From an uncultured Bacteroidales bacterium (lineage in GTDB: Bacteria; Bacteroidota; Bacteroidia; Bacteroidales; Muribaculaceae): a stretch of DNA of 64,000 nucleotides. The first letter of the stretch is position 1. Every line of letters starts with the position of its first letter. The position numbers and the translations under genes were made by a program. The notes under the pieces were generated by a model. It searched no databases. It saw only the letters and a list, made by a program, of their open reading frames with translations, and had not been told where the DNA came from. Location: positions 777 through 64,776 of the forward strand of contig URIC01000003.1 in assembly GCA_900547755.1 (NCBI GenBank), written 5' to 3'. Of this stretch, positions 32,314-41,661 are shown one piece after another.

Positions 32314-32550
32314 ATGAACGACAGACTCTCATACGAAGAAAAAAAGGGACTTCCGGACTCCATATTCGGCCTGCCTGAACGACGGGAATATCCCATGCCC
32401 GACGCTGCGCACGTAAGGGCTGCCGAGGCATATTTCCGTTATTGTCCCGAAGCCCTGAAACCCCGTCTGGCCCGTGCCATACTGGCCCGAGCCGCCGAAT
32501 ATGACGTGGATGTGGAAAGCCCCACAGTGCGTCGATACGCCGCAGAGTAG
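32314..32550 (+). CDS. Small conserved protein (DUF6582-like)
   Basis: LPDSIFGLPERREYPMPDAAHVRAA motif; A-rich initiation region before the ATG at 32314. Confidence 0.7.
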   Translation: MNDRLSYEEKKGLPDSIFGLPERREYPMPDAAHVRAAEAYFRYCPEALKPRLARAILARAAEYDVDVESPTVRRYAAE

Positions 32551-32637
32551 AGAAAAATCCCCTTCAGCTTTCACACGCACACGTCGCGCCCGTTTGGTCA
32601 GACCAAAAAAAAGCAGTAATTTTGCAGGACCTGATTG

Positions 32638-32718
32638 GCGCACGTGGCGTAATGGTAGCCGCGCCAGACTTAGGATCTGGTGTCTGACGACGTGGGGGTT
32701 CGAGTCCCCCCGTGCGCA
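32638..32718 (+). tRNA. tRNA-Leu(TAG)
   Basis: Acceptor GCGCACG/CGTGCGC, anticodon arm CCAGA-CTTAGGA-TCTGG, long variable arm, GTTCGAG T-loop; TAATTTTG promoter at 32617-32624. Confidence 0.97.
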
Positions 32719-32725
32719 CGATAAT

Positions 32726-32770
32726 GCCGAAGAGTCATTTCCGTATGGATTTCGCTCTTTGGCTTTTTTG
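32726..32770 (+). terminator. Intrinsic terminator after tRNA-Leu
   Basis: GCCGAAGAG...CTCTTTGGC followed by a T-run. Confidence 0.65.
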
Positions 32771-32835
32771 TGTCCAAAAGGAGAGGGCGTTCCGAAATAA
32801 ATCCGGAGCGCCCTCGCTGTATGGTTGTCTTTACA

Positions 32836-35400
32836 TTAGAACCAACGGGTGTATGCGAAGTCTTGACGGTGAGGCAGCATCTTGTTGTCGGGGAACATAC
32901 GGAAGCTGAAAGCGAACTCGCCGGCTTCCTGGAGCTTGTATCTGAGTTCGTATGTAAGTACAGAGCCTTCCTGGTTAATCACCTTAAGTTGCTTGGAGTC
33001 GAAGAAGCGGCGCTCTCCGTTTTCCTGCTTGTAGATTACCAGGTCCACGCCTATGCTGTTGCCAAGCCCCTTGGTGTCCAGAGTGCAACGTGCCGTCAGC
33101 TCGCTTCCGGAACGGGGCATCACACCGAGGTCGCCGTCGTTGAGGCTGGCGGAAAGTACCTGAATCTGGTCCCACTTGGAGGCTACTTCCTCTTTCCAGG
33201 CTACAATCTCGCGGGCCTCCTTGAAGTTGGATGCTATGAGCTTGTGGGCGCGTTTGGACTCGGGAGCGTAGAAACGCTCGATGTAGTCGTCCAGCTGGCG
33301 TTTCATGGTGAAGTGCGGAGCTATGTCGCCGATGGACCCCTTGATGTACTGAATCCACTCGGGGCTGTACCCCTTGGAGTTCTTGGCGAAGTAAAGAGGG
33401 ACTATCTCGTTCTCCAGCATGGAATAGATGGTGGCGGCATCCAGCTTGTCCTGCTGGGCCTGGTCGGTGAAGGTGCGCTTCTCGGTGAGGGCCCAGCCGG
33501 CCTTCTCGTTGAAGTGATAGCCCTCATACCACCAGCCGTCAAGTACAGAGAAGTTAAGCACGCCGTTCATCTCGGCCTTCTCGCCGGATGTGCCGGAGGC
33601 CTCCAGCGGACGGGTGGGGGTGTTCAGCCAGATGTCCACGCCGCTTACCAGGCGTTTGGCCACAATCATATTGTAGTCCTCCAGGAAGATAATCTTGCCC
33701 AGGAACTGAGGCATGTGGCTTATCTCTATGATGCGCTTTATAAGTCCCTGGCCGGCGCCGTCGGCTGGATGCGCCTTGCCTGAGAACACGAACTGCACGG
33801 GGAACTGCTCGTTATTTACTATTTTGGACAGACGGTCCAGGTCGGTGAAGAGCAGGTGGGCTCGCTTATATGTGGCGAAACGGCGGGCAAAGCCTATGAT
33901 GAGGGCATTCGGATTAATCTTGTCTACGATTCTCATCACCGCGCCCGGGTCTCCCTGGTTGGCGAGCCATTTGGCCTTGAAGTCCTTCTTTACGAAGTTG
34001 ATGAACTTGTTCTTCAGCTGCATCCGCATATTCCAGATTTCCTCGTCGCTGACCTTGAAAATCCCCTTCCAGGCTTCGGGGTCGCTCTGGTTGGCGAATA
34101 CCTGTTCTCCCAGATTGTCTCTGTAGAAAGCCTTCCATTCGGAAGCCGCCCATGTAGGCATATGCACGCCGTTGGTGACATAGCCCACGTGGCTCTCTTC
34201 GGATGCGTAGCCCTTCCACACGCCGGCAAACATACGTTTGCTCACTTCGCCGTGGAGCCAGCTCACGCCATTGGCCTCCTGGCAGGTGTTGAGCGCGAAC
34301 ACGCTCATGGAGAAGCGCTCGTTGGTGTCGGGGTTCTCGCGGCCCATATTCATGAGGTCGCTCCAGGAGATACCCAACTTTGCGGGATACTCGCCCAGGT
34401 ATTTGCCGAAGAGGCTCTCCTCGAAATAGTCGTGTCCGGCGGGCACCGGAGTGTGGACGGTATAAAGGGACGAGGCGCGTACCACCTCCAAGGCCACATT
34501 GAACGGCAGATGGTCGTTCTGGACATAGTCCACCAGGCGCTGCAGGTTCAGGAGGGCGGCGTGTCCCTCGTTGGCGTGGTATATGTCTGTATGTATGCCC
34601 AGTTTGTTCAGCATATAGATACCGCCTATGCCGAGCAGATACTCCTGCTTGATGCGGTTTTCCCAGTCTCCTCCGTAGAGCTGATGGGTAATCTGCCGGT
34701 CAAACTCAGAGTTCATGTCGAAGTCGGTGTCAAGCAGATAGAGCTTCATGCGGCCCACATTCACGCGCCAGACGTGGCAATAAACAATGCGGCCGGGGTA
34801 GGGCACCTCCAGTATCATGGGCTGGCCGTCGTCCCCCATAACCTGCTCTATGGGCAACTGGGCGAAGTTCTGTGCCTCATAGTTGGCTATCTGCTGACCG
34901 TCCATGCTTAATGTCTGGGTGAAGTAGCCGAAACGGTAGAGGAAACCTACGGCTGTCATCTCCACGCGGGAGTCAGACGCCTGCTTTATATAGTCGCCTG
35001 CCAAGACACCCAGACCGCCGGAATAAATCTTCAGGCAGTTGCACAATCCGTACTCCATGGAGAAGTAGCTCACCGAGGGTATGTCTTTGCGCATAGGCTC
35101 GGCCATATATTCCTTGAAGTGTGTGTAGACCTGCTGCACACGGTTCATATAATCTTTGTCGGCCAGGACCTCCTGAATACGCTCGAAACTGATGCGCTGC
35201 AGCATCATCACCGGGTTCTCCCCCGTGGAACGCCATATATCGGAATCCAGGTCTTTGAACAGACTCTTGCCATCGCTGTTCCAGACCCACCACAGGTTTT
35301 TGCTGAGTTCCTCCAGAGGTTTCAGCTCCTTAGGCAGCTCCACACGAACAGTCATGTCACGCCATGCAGGCGCGTTGGTCTCACTTACTTTAAGTTTCAT
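32836..35400 (-). CDS. glgP: Alpha-glucan (glycogen/starch) phosphorylase
   Basis: YFSMEYG, YSGGLGVLAGD, FARRFATYKR, EASGTSGEK (PLP lysine). Confidence 0.96.
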   Translation of the reverse strand: MKLKVSETNAPAWRDMTVRVELPKELKPLEELSKNLWWVWNSDGKSLFKDLDSDIWRSTGENPVMMLQRISFERIQEVLADKDYMNRVQQVYTHFKEYMAEPMRKDIPSVSYFSMEYGLCNCLKIYSGGLGVLAGDYIKQASDSRVEMTAVGFLYRFGYFTQTLSMDGQQIANYEAQNFAQLPIEQVMGDDGQPMILEVPYPGRIVYCHVWRVNVGRMKLYLLDTDFDMNSEFDRQITHQLYGGDWENRIKQEYLLGIGGIYMLNKLGIHTDIYHANEGHAALLNLQRLVDYVQNDHLPFNVALEVVRASSLYTVHTPVPAGHDYFEESLFGKYLGEYPAKLGISWSDLMNMGRENPDTNERFSMSVFALNTCQEANGVSWLHGEVSKRMFAGVWKGYASEESHVGYVTNGVHMPTWAASEWKAFYRDNLGEQVFANQSDPEAWKGIFKVSDEEIWNMRMQLKNKFINFVKKDFKAKWLANQGDPGAVMRIVDKINPNALIIGFARRFATYKRAHLLFTDLDRLSKIVNNEQFPVQFVFSGKAHPADGAGQGLIKRIIEISHMPQFLGKIIFLEDYNMIVAKRLVSGVDIWLNTPTRPLEASGTSGEKAEMNGVLNFSVLDGWWYEGYHFNEKAGWALTEKRTFTDQAQQDKLDAATIYSMLENEIVPLYFAKNSKGYSPEWIQYIKGSIGDIAPHFTMKRQLDDYIERFYAPESKRAHKLIASNFKEAREIVAWKEEVASKWDQIQVLSASLNDGDLGVMPRSGSELTARCTLDTKGLGNSIGVDLVIYKQENGERRFFDSKQLKVINQEGSVLTYELRYKLQEAGEFAFSFRMFPDNKMLPHRQDFAYTRWF

Positions 35401-35474
35401 CTATATAGTAATTAATTGTTTTCAAAAATTGATATGCAATAGAATAATAAGGAAGAGAAGAGACGTATGAAGGC

Positions 35475-37130
35475 TCAGCCCTTCAGACGGGCGTCGCGAC
35501 GCTTCATGGCCTCCCGGTAGGCATCCAGATACTTGCCGATGAAAATTTGCCAGGATGCCTGCTCGGCCGTACGGCGGGCCGCCTCGCGCATATCGCTCAT
35601 CTGTATGGAGTCGCAGCAGTCGACATAACGCACCTTTTGGGCTATCTCGTACTTGGCTGCCTCATAATTCGAGTCAGTGCGCTCCACCACCTCGGCTCCG
35701 CAGTCTGCAAACGTGCCGTCGAAATTGTCCATAATCCACTGGCCGAAACCGGCCTTGTCCGTAGACACCGTAGGCACACCGAAGGATATGCTCTCCAAAG
35801 GAGTGTATCCCCATGGCTCGTAATAGGACGGGAATACAGTCAGGTCCAGACCCGGCATCATCTCGTAGTAAGTCATGTCGAGGATACCGTCTTTGCCGTC
35901 CAGGTAACAGGGCATATATATAAAGGAAACATTTTCCCGCGCGTTATTGTTGCCGCCCAGCTGCATGAGACGGCAGAAAATAGAGTCGCTATCCTCGTTG
36001 TGCAGTCTGTGTGAGGAGAAATTCAGCTCCGGCTCTGTCCCGATACGTCCCTGCATGCGGTCCTTTAGCCCCGATACCGGAGCGGCACTCCATGCAGGCA
36101 CAAAGATAAAAGCCACCGCTTCACGTTCAGGATGCTCACGGCGTACCAGCTCCATGGCATCGATGTAGAGGTCTATCCCCTTGTTGCGATACTCGTTGCG
36201 GCCCGATGTGGCCACCAGTAGCGCGTCGGACTCGACGGTGCGCCCGCACAGAGAGGACGCCAGTGCCAGCAGCTTGCGCCGAGACTCCCGGCGAGCCGCT
36301 GTCCACTTCGCTCCCTTAGGCACGAAGTCATTCTCAAAACCATTGGGTGTCACCACCTGAGGCGTCATCTCCAGAAGCTGGGTACACTCCCTTGCTGTGA
36401 CGTCGCTTACGGTAGTAAAACAGTCGGCGCGGTGGGCGGCCGCCTTCTCCAGCGAATGTTTGCTCTCCATATTGAGTTCCCGGGCCATCTGGTCGCCATG
36501 ATAGCCGTAGAAATAGTCATACAGAGGCTTCCCGTTACTGCAGATGCTGCGCCCGATGCTTGTGGCATGCGTGGTGAACACTGTGGCGATACGCGGAGCC
36601 TCCGCCTCAAGCCACAGCAGACCCATGGATGTGGTCCATTCATCGAAATGCGCTATCACGCGCTCGGGGTCAGCGCCCAGCAGTTCAGCGAGCCCCTTTA
36701 TCACGATAGCCGATGCGATTCCGAAAGCGCACCCCTCGGAATAATCGCCATAGGCATGCAGGCTGTCTACTCCGTACAGCTCCCACATACGTCCATACAC
36801 CTCAGGCAGATGCTCAGAGGTCTTGCCGCAATCCACTAACACGGCTATCGGCTTGCCAGGCACCAGCCAACGGCCCACACGTACCTTGATGTCCCAAGGC
36901 AACCTGAGGCGGGAAGAAGCCCGGTTAAGCAATGTCTTGTACTCTTTGAACACAGGGCACGGATGCTCAACGGTCCACACATCGGGACCTATGAATACGA
37001 CCCGGTCCGGACTCTTTTCCTGCAAAGCCTTGGCCTTGCTTGAGAGAACGGTGTAAATACCACCTATCTTATTACACACTTCCCAACTGGACTCAAATAG
37101 ACGGTCATACGGGAGATTGGCGTTCTGCAT
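35475..37130 (-). CDS. Glycogen synthase (GT3 type)
   Basis: FESSWEVCNKIGGIYTV, TTHATSIGR, FPSYYEPWGYTPLE. Confidence 0.9.
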   Translation of the reverse strand: MQNANLPYDRLFESSWEVCNKIGGIYTVLSSKAKALQEKSPDRVVFIGPDVWTVEHPCPVFKEYKTLLNRASSRLRLPWDIKVRVGRWLVPGKPIAVLVDCGKTSEHLPEVYGRMWELYGVDSLHAYGDYSEGCAFGIASAIVIKGLAELLGADPERVIAHFDEWTTSMGLLWLEAEAPRIATVFTTHATSIGRSICSNGKPLYDYFYGYHGDQMARELNMESKHSLEKAAAHRADCFTTVSDVTARECTQLLEMTPQVVTPNGFENDFVPKGAKWTAARRESRRKLLALASSLCGRTVESDALLVATSGRNEYRNKGIDLYIDAMELVRREHPEREAVAFIFVPAWSAAPVSGLKDRMQGRIGTEPELNFSSHRLHNEDSDSIFCRLMQLGGNNNARENVSFIYMPCYLDGKDGILDMTYYEMMPGLDLTVFPSYYEPWGYTPLESISFGVPTVSTDKAGFGQWIMDNFDGTFADCGAEVVERTDSNYEAAKYEIAQKVRYVDCCDSIQMSDMREAARRTAEQASWQIFIGKYLDAYREAMKRRDARLKG

Positions 37131-37408
37131 ACGAATATAAATAAAAAGGTTGCTAATTTATTCAAACCAAACAATAAGGAATAGCAACAAAACTCTAATC
37201 TTTGAGACCGCAAAGATAATCAAAAATTTCCAATCCCCAAAATTTCAGCACAATCGCACACCTCCGACAACAGCTGCGACATACGTAAAAAGCGACCTCA
37301 GACAATATGCAAGAAAAAAATAAACACAAAAAACAGCCAAATACTTGGTCAATTAAAAAAAAACCTCTAACTTTGCACACGCAAACCGGGAAATCCGGTG
37401 AAGCCTTT

Positions 37409-37495
37409 GGAGAGGTGGGTGAGTGGCTGAAACCACCAGTTTGCTAAACTGACGTAGGAGCAATCCTACCACGAGTTCGAATCTCGTCCTCTCCG
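37409..37495 (+). tRNA. tRNA-Ser(GCT)
   Basis: Acceptor GGAGAGG/CCTCTCC, anticodon loop TTGCTAA, long variable arm GTAGGA-GCAA-TCCTAC, GTTCGAAT; TAACTTTG promoter at 37368-37375. Confidence 0.97.
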
Positions 37496-37511
37496 CCGAT
37501 TCAAGAGTTGA

Positions 37512-37538
37512 CCCGCTGAAATCCAGCGGGTTTTCTTA
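37512..37538 (+). terminator. Terminator after tRNA-Ser
   Basis: ACCCGCTG-AAATC-CAGCGGGT followed by TTTCTT. Confidence 0.7.
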
Positions 37539-37547
37539 TGTCCATAA

Positions 37548-37571
37548 AAATGGGTACCTCAAATGGGTACC
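37548..37571. repeat. Tandem AAATGGGTACC direct repeat (possible integrase arm-type sites)
   Basis: AAATGGGTACC-TC-AAATGGGTACC, about 50 bp downstream of the tRNA-Ser 3' end. Confidence 0.6.
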
Positions 37572-37615
37572 CCAATAATCTGAATGATTTTAATATATAA
37601 ATAGGTACGCTCGTG

Positions 37616-40600
37616 TCAGTTGTTTTTGTGTTTCCATTCCTTTGAGGTCAGCGGGAGATTCCGGCGGCGACATTGAGTGTTCTGGTACTCGAACATCGGA
37701 GGCGTCGGCTTGAAATGGCTTTTCCCTCCGTCGGGGTCAATCTGCCAACAGTATGCGTGCTCCTGGAAATCGCGAATCGCATCTATTCCAAGCGTGTCAA
37801 TAAGCAGCAAGGGTTCGGCTCCTCCGGAAACACTCATTATGTTCTGTTGTGCGGTTGTCGTGGGCCTTACTACCCGCGAATCTCCGAAATCAGATGTGTT
37901 AATCTGCATTATATAGCAATGTAGGTCTCGGGCCCATGACTCAATTACATTGGAGTAATAGTTCGTGTCTCTGTTGTATTCCGAGGCTATGATGAAGTCT
38001 ACCTTTGACTTGAATAAGGCTCGGTCTGTGATATTGCTCAGTTCAAAGCAATTGTAGACTGAAAAATATGCTTTTCTCCAGTGAAATAGATTATAATATG
38101 GGATTCGCGGGGGGCGGGGTGCCAGGTAAAAGCCATTTACAATGTGAGTCTCGGATGGCGCGGGATAATTTTTCAGACGTGGAATAATGACGCATGTGGT
38201 ATAATACTTTGTGCGGACAGGCAATATTGTAACTGTGTAATTGTAAGCCGATTTCCCGAATACGACATAGTTGAGGCCGCTGACTGCCGCCATATTTTGT
38301 CTACAGCATTGACGCACCAATAGCGGTAGCTGCTGAATGGGGACGGCGAGTTCGGGAAGCGCTATCAATTCCACCTTGTGTCTGTTGGCATAGTTAAGTA
38401 TCTCAAACAGTTTTTCCTGATGCTTCTTCTTAAGGACAAAGCCTTGTCTTAAAGCCGCCTCGCAGTCTTTGGGGTCCACAAACCAGTTGACTATACCTAT
38501 AAGTTTGTTCGGTTGTGTAGGCTGCGGTTGACTTGTGCTGTCTGCCGTATCGCTGACATCAATCAGATAGTTGTTGCCATCCGGGATTACATTAAAGAAT
38601 TTGTCCGGCTCTTTCAGCCCTTGCCATCTGTAGTTGAATTCATAAAAATACCGGTGAGTCTTGTTCAATATATCTTTTGGGCAGTTTCTCGGATTGTCGG
38701 TATTTGCCAGAACTTCAAGCAAATTTAGGTCGTGGAAATGTAGAAATACCGGTGATAATTCTCCGGCAGCCGAATTTATTTTCAGCCGCCGCAATTTTTC
38801 ATAAGTGAATTGTGTCAGGTCGCTTTCCCCGTCATTGTATGACGTGTAGCAAATGCCGGGTATTCTAATATAGTTCTGCCGGAAAAGATATGATTTACGG
38901 ATACGTCGGGCTTTTTTTAGGATAACATCCAGACTGCGTATTCCTTCTTCTCTGTCTGAAGCGCCTTCAAGAATATCTGTCTTTCTGTCAATCTTTGACG
39001 GACAAAGGGCAAATGCCATTGCAAATGAAAGATTCAGATGGGAATTTAAAGTCTGTTTAATCTGCAGGACCTGCTTAGTGTCTGTTTTCTTCTTCTCCGG
39101 TTCCACTTGCTCATTTCCATCAACCTGAATGCTCTCTATCGCCGAGTATGCCTGATTGTAGAATTTTTTTATGTTATGGTAATCTGAGGTCAACAGAAAA
39201 TATGTCGCCACCTTTTCCCATAACTGATACATATCAAGGGCTATTTTCCCGCTGAAGAATGACAGAATCTGTTTTGCTGACAGGGCATTGTCTTTTCTTT
39301 CCTGCTTGCCAGTCTCTGTCGAAGACAAGGCGAGGAAAATCTTGTGTGCCAAATAGGTCGATGCTCCGAATTTGTTTTCCGACATATTTTTCAGGCTGCG
39401 GAGCTTGTTGACGGAATCCGAGTATTCTACAGAGAAGGCTTTATCGTCAAATTCCACGTCCACCAGATTATTGAATGGCAGATAGCGGAACTCGCTGCGA
39501 TTTCTGTCAACGTTCTTCTTGAACTTGTTTATGGCAGCGCGGGATGCGTCATGACGGAAATACTCCAAAACGACTTTCTTGTTTTGAATTTCCAGTCGGG
39601 TGTCATTGACCTTAATCCAGTAGCTGTTTCCTTCATATTCCAGTATATCCGTGTCTATGAAATGCTTCTTTATGAAGTTGTAAATTCGCTCTTTGTCGTC
39701 ATTGCCTTGAAGGCTGTTGCATCTGAACACAAAAATCAGGTCATCCACATACCGACCGTAGTACTCCGGTTCAGCGTTCACAAGAATCTTGCTGTCAAAT
39801 TCAACAAGATACCAATTTGCGAGCCACCCGGAAGAGGGGAGACCTACCGGCAAGGAGAACTCTTCTTTTTCCAGGTTTTCCTGTTTTAGCTTCAACAGAG
39901 GGATGGTACCGGTACATTCGGCATATTTCTTGTGAACCTCCTGAAGGATTTGGGTCAGCCGGAACCCCGTTCTGTCGTTTTTAATGTATTCGCCTAACTC
40001 CTGAAGGACGTTCATCCTTACAGAATAGAAATATCTCTTTATGTCAAGGCTGACCAGCGCGCAGTCCTGACTGTCATCCAGCAGAGATATTGCTTTACTC
40101 AGACCTTTGTCACGCCAATCCTGATAGCCCTTGAAATAAGGACGGAACAGCATGAGTCCGGAACTGATGATGCCGTCGGTTCTGTCTTCGGACACAGTGT
40201 CTTCAATACAGGAAAAACGGTTGGCGTAATTGTTAGCCGGTATGTCGTGTTCAAACCTCACGGCTACTTTCATGAGCCAAAGCACCGAGAGAATATATAT
40301 TTCCACCGGTGCCTGTATCAGCACATTGTACTTCTCAATGAAGTTTTCGGTCGAGAAGTCATCGTTGGTTATAAGCCGTGCGCCTTCGGCCTCCGTTTCT
40401 GAATTTTGATGGCTTTTGAATTTTTTAGGGGTCAATATATAATCTATAGAACTCATCAACTCACTTATTCTTCCCTTTTTTAATGATATTCTCCCCCTTG
40501 TCAGTTCCTGATATAATGGCGTTATATATTTAATGAAAATATCCTTGAAGCTCTCGTCTTTCGATGCTTTACGATATAGATTCCATTCGAATTCAGCAAT

Positions 40601-40705
40601 GGCAGACTTGAGTTCAAGTCCTCCGTTGTCAAAGTATGCCATACTTTTCAACTTTCTGTAAGCCAAATAAAAGTCTTCCTGGGTCATGATGTTTTCATTA
40701 GACAT
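37616..40705 (-). CDS. Reverse transcriptase-nitrilase fusion (DRT1 / UG1-UG5-like defence-associated RT)
   Basis: RT motifs LDIKRYFYSV, LPVGLPSSGWLANWYL, YYGRYVDDL; C-terminal CN-hydrolase triad LPEL / RLKNY / YNCFEL; AT-rich relative to the host. Confidence 0.9.
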   Translation of the reverse strand: MSNENIMTQEDFYLAYRKLKSMAYFDNGGLELKSAIAEFEWNLYRKASKDESFKDIFIKYITPLYQELTRGRISLKKGRISELMSSIDYILTPKKFKSHQNSETEAEGARLITNDDFSTENFIEKYNVLIQAPVEIYILSVLWLMKVAVRFEHDIPANNYANRFSCIEDTVSEDRTDGIISSGLMLFRPYFKGYQDWRDKGLSKAISLLDDSQDCALVSLDIKRYFYSVRMNVLQELGEYIKNDRTGFRLTQILQEVHKKYAECTGTIPLLKLKQENLEKEEFSLPVGLPSSGWLANWYLVEFDSKILVNAEPEYYGRYVDDLIFVFRCNSLQGNDDKERIYNFIKKHFIDTDILEYEGNSYWIKVNDTRLEIQNKKVVLEYFRHDASRAAINKFKKNVDRNRSEFRYLPFNNLVDVEFDDKAFSVEYSDSVNKLRSLKNMSENKFGASTYLAHKIFLALSSTETGKQERKDNALSAKQILSFFSGKIALDMYQLWEKVATYFLLTSDYHNIKKFYNQAYSAIESIQVDGNEQVEPEKKKTDTKQVLQIKQTLNSHLNLSFAMAFALCPSKIDRKTDILEGASDREEGIRSLDVILKKARRIRKSYLFRQNYIRIPGICYTSYNDGESDLTQFTYEKLRRLKINSAAGELSPVFLHFHDLNLLEVLANTDNPRNCPKDILNKTHRYFYEFNYRWQGLKEPDKFFNVIPDGNNYLIDVSDTADSTSQPQPTQPNKLIGIVNWFVDPKDCEAALRQGFVLKKKHQEKLFEILNYANRHKVELIALPELAVPIQQLPLLVRQCCRQNMAAVSGLNYVVFGKSAYNYTVTILPVRTKYYTTCVIIPRLKNYPAPSETHIVNGFYLAPRPPRIPYYNLFHWRKAYFSVYNCFELSNITDRALFKSKVDFIIASEYNRDTNYYSNVIESWARDLHCYIMQINTSDFGDSRVVRPTTTAQQNIMSVSGGAEPLLLIDTLGIDAIRDFQEHAYCWQIDPDGGKSHFKPTPPMFEYQNTQCRRRNLPLTSKEWKHKNN

Positions 40706-40767
40706 ATTGAGGTTCGCTGATATAAGTGGTTACGATAATCGTCACCTGGTTTTATCCCGGTAGAGTG

Positions 40768-41529
40768 TCAGTTTTTGTGGGTGGGTTTGTACAGGTAGCG
40801 CGCCAGGCCGAATAGGTACCGGCGGAAGCCGGGGCGGTAGTCAAGCAGATGGTCGAACCATCGCGAGTGGGCGGTGAACAGTTTTACGGCTATGCCTACG
40901 TAGACCATGGCGAATAGGGTGCCGGGACCGATTATGTTCCACTGCCAGTGTCCGAAGAACAGGTAGCAGCTCGCTATCGCCAGGGCTACAAGTGTTGTGT
41001 CCACCATTATTTTGATTTTGGCAAACGGAGCGCCCGTGAGGCGGCTTATGGCTACCGGCAGTCCTTCGCCGGGCATCGTCACAGACCCGCATTTCACTTC
41101 CATCGCTATGCCGAATCCCATAACCGAGCATCCGGCGAATTGCACTAAGGCTTCCGTGCCTATGTCTTCGCATACCAGCCATTGTGTGGCTGCCATATTC
41201 AGGTCTATGAACCATCCGAACACGAATCCAATCAGCAGCTGAAACAGCTGTACGGGTTCGAAACGACGCCGTAGCAGCAGAATCTGCGCGATTACGAAGA
41301 CGAAATTCATGACGATGGTATAGCCGCCTACGCTCAGGGTCGGTGCCAGACCTTGTGTCCCGGCGATGGAAAATGCAAGCGGCAATGAGGAGATGACGCT
41401 GCTGCCGAGTGCCGATTTGATGCAAAGCACCACGCCGAGCGTCATTATGTAGAGGGAAATGAGCAGCAGCGTGTGCTGCCATATAAAGGAGATTATTTTT
41501 TTTCTTGAGCGCGATATGGTTTCAGTCAT
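40768..41529 (-). CDS. YczE/YyaS/YitT-like membrane protein
   Basis: LGSSVISSLP, FGWFID, PGEG, GPGTL; multiple transmembrane helices. Confidence 0.8.
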   Translation of the reverse strand: MTETISRSRKKIISFIWQHTLLLISLYIMTLGVVLCIKSALGSSVISSLPLAFSIAGTQGLAPTLSVGGYTIVMNFVFVIAQILLLRRRFEPVQLFQLLIGFVFGWFIDLNMAATQWLVCEDIGTEALVQFAGCSVMGFGIAMEVKCGSVTMPGEGLPVAISRLTGAPFAKIKIMVDTTLVALAIASCYLFFGHWQWNIIGPGTLFAMVYVGIAVKLFTAHSRWFDHLLDYRPGFRRYLFGLARYLYKPTHKN

Positions 41530-41549
41530 TTACAGCCTTTTTCTGACTG

Positions 41550-41557
41550 CAAATTTA
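41550..41557 (-). promoter_or_regulatory. -7 promoter element for the yczE-like gene (and possibly the RT)
   Basis: TAAATTTG on the minus strand, about 20 bp before the ATG. Confidence 0.6.
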
Positions 41558-41581
41558 CCGAAAATAACTCATTGCGACAAA

Positions 41582-41626
41582 CCCCGCCACACGTATATTG
41601 CCTTTTAGCGGTTGGGTGTGGCGGGG
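41582..41626 (-). terminator. Stem-loop downstream of the outer-membrane protein gene
   Basis: CCCCGCCACAC / GTGTGGCGGGG inverted repeat. Confidence 0.55.
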
Positions 41627-41661
41627 GCTACGGGGTTTTATCGGCGTTTTGGATATGGTTT

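Noticed and set aside
658..36839. Long antisense ORFs (e.g. 658-1677, 2083-3471, 15578-17050, 20405-21547, 26375-27820, 32770-33783)
   Set aside because: They are shadows of GC-rich housekeeping genes on the opposite strand and carry no recognisable motifs.
37616..40705. RT as group II intron, retron, DGR or CRISPR-associated RT
   Set aside because: No intron domain V/VI, msr-msd room, TR/VR repeat pair or cas genes were seen, and the C-terminus is a nitrilase domain.
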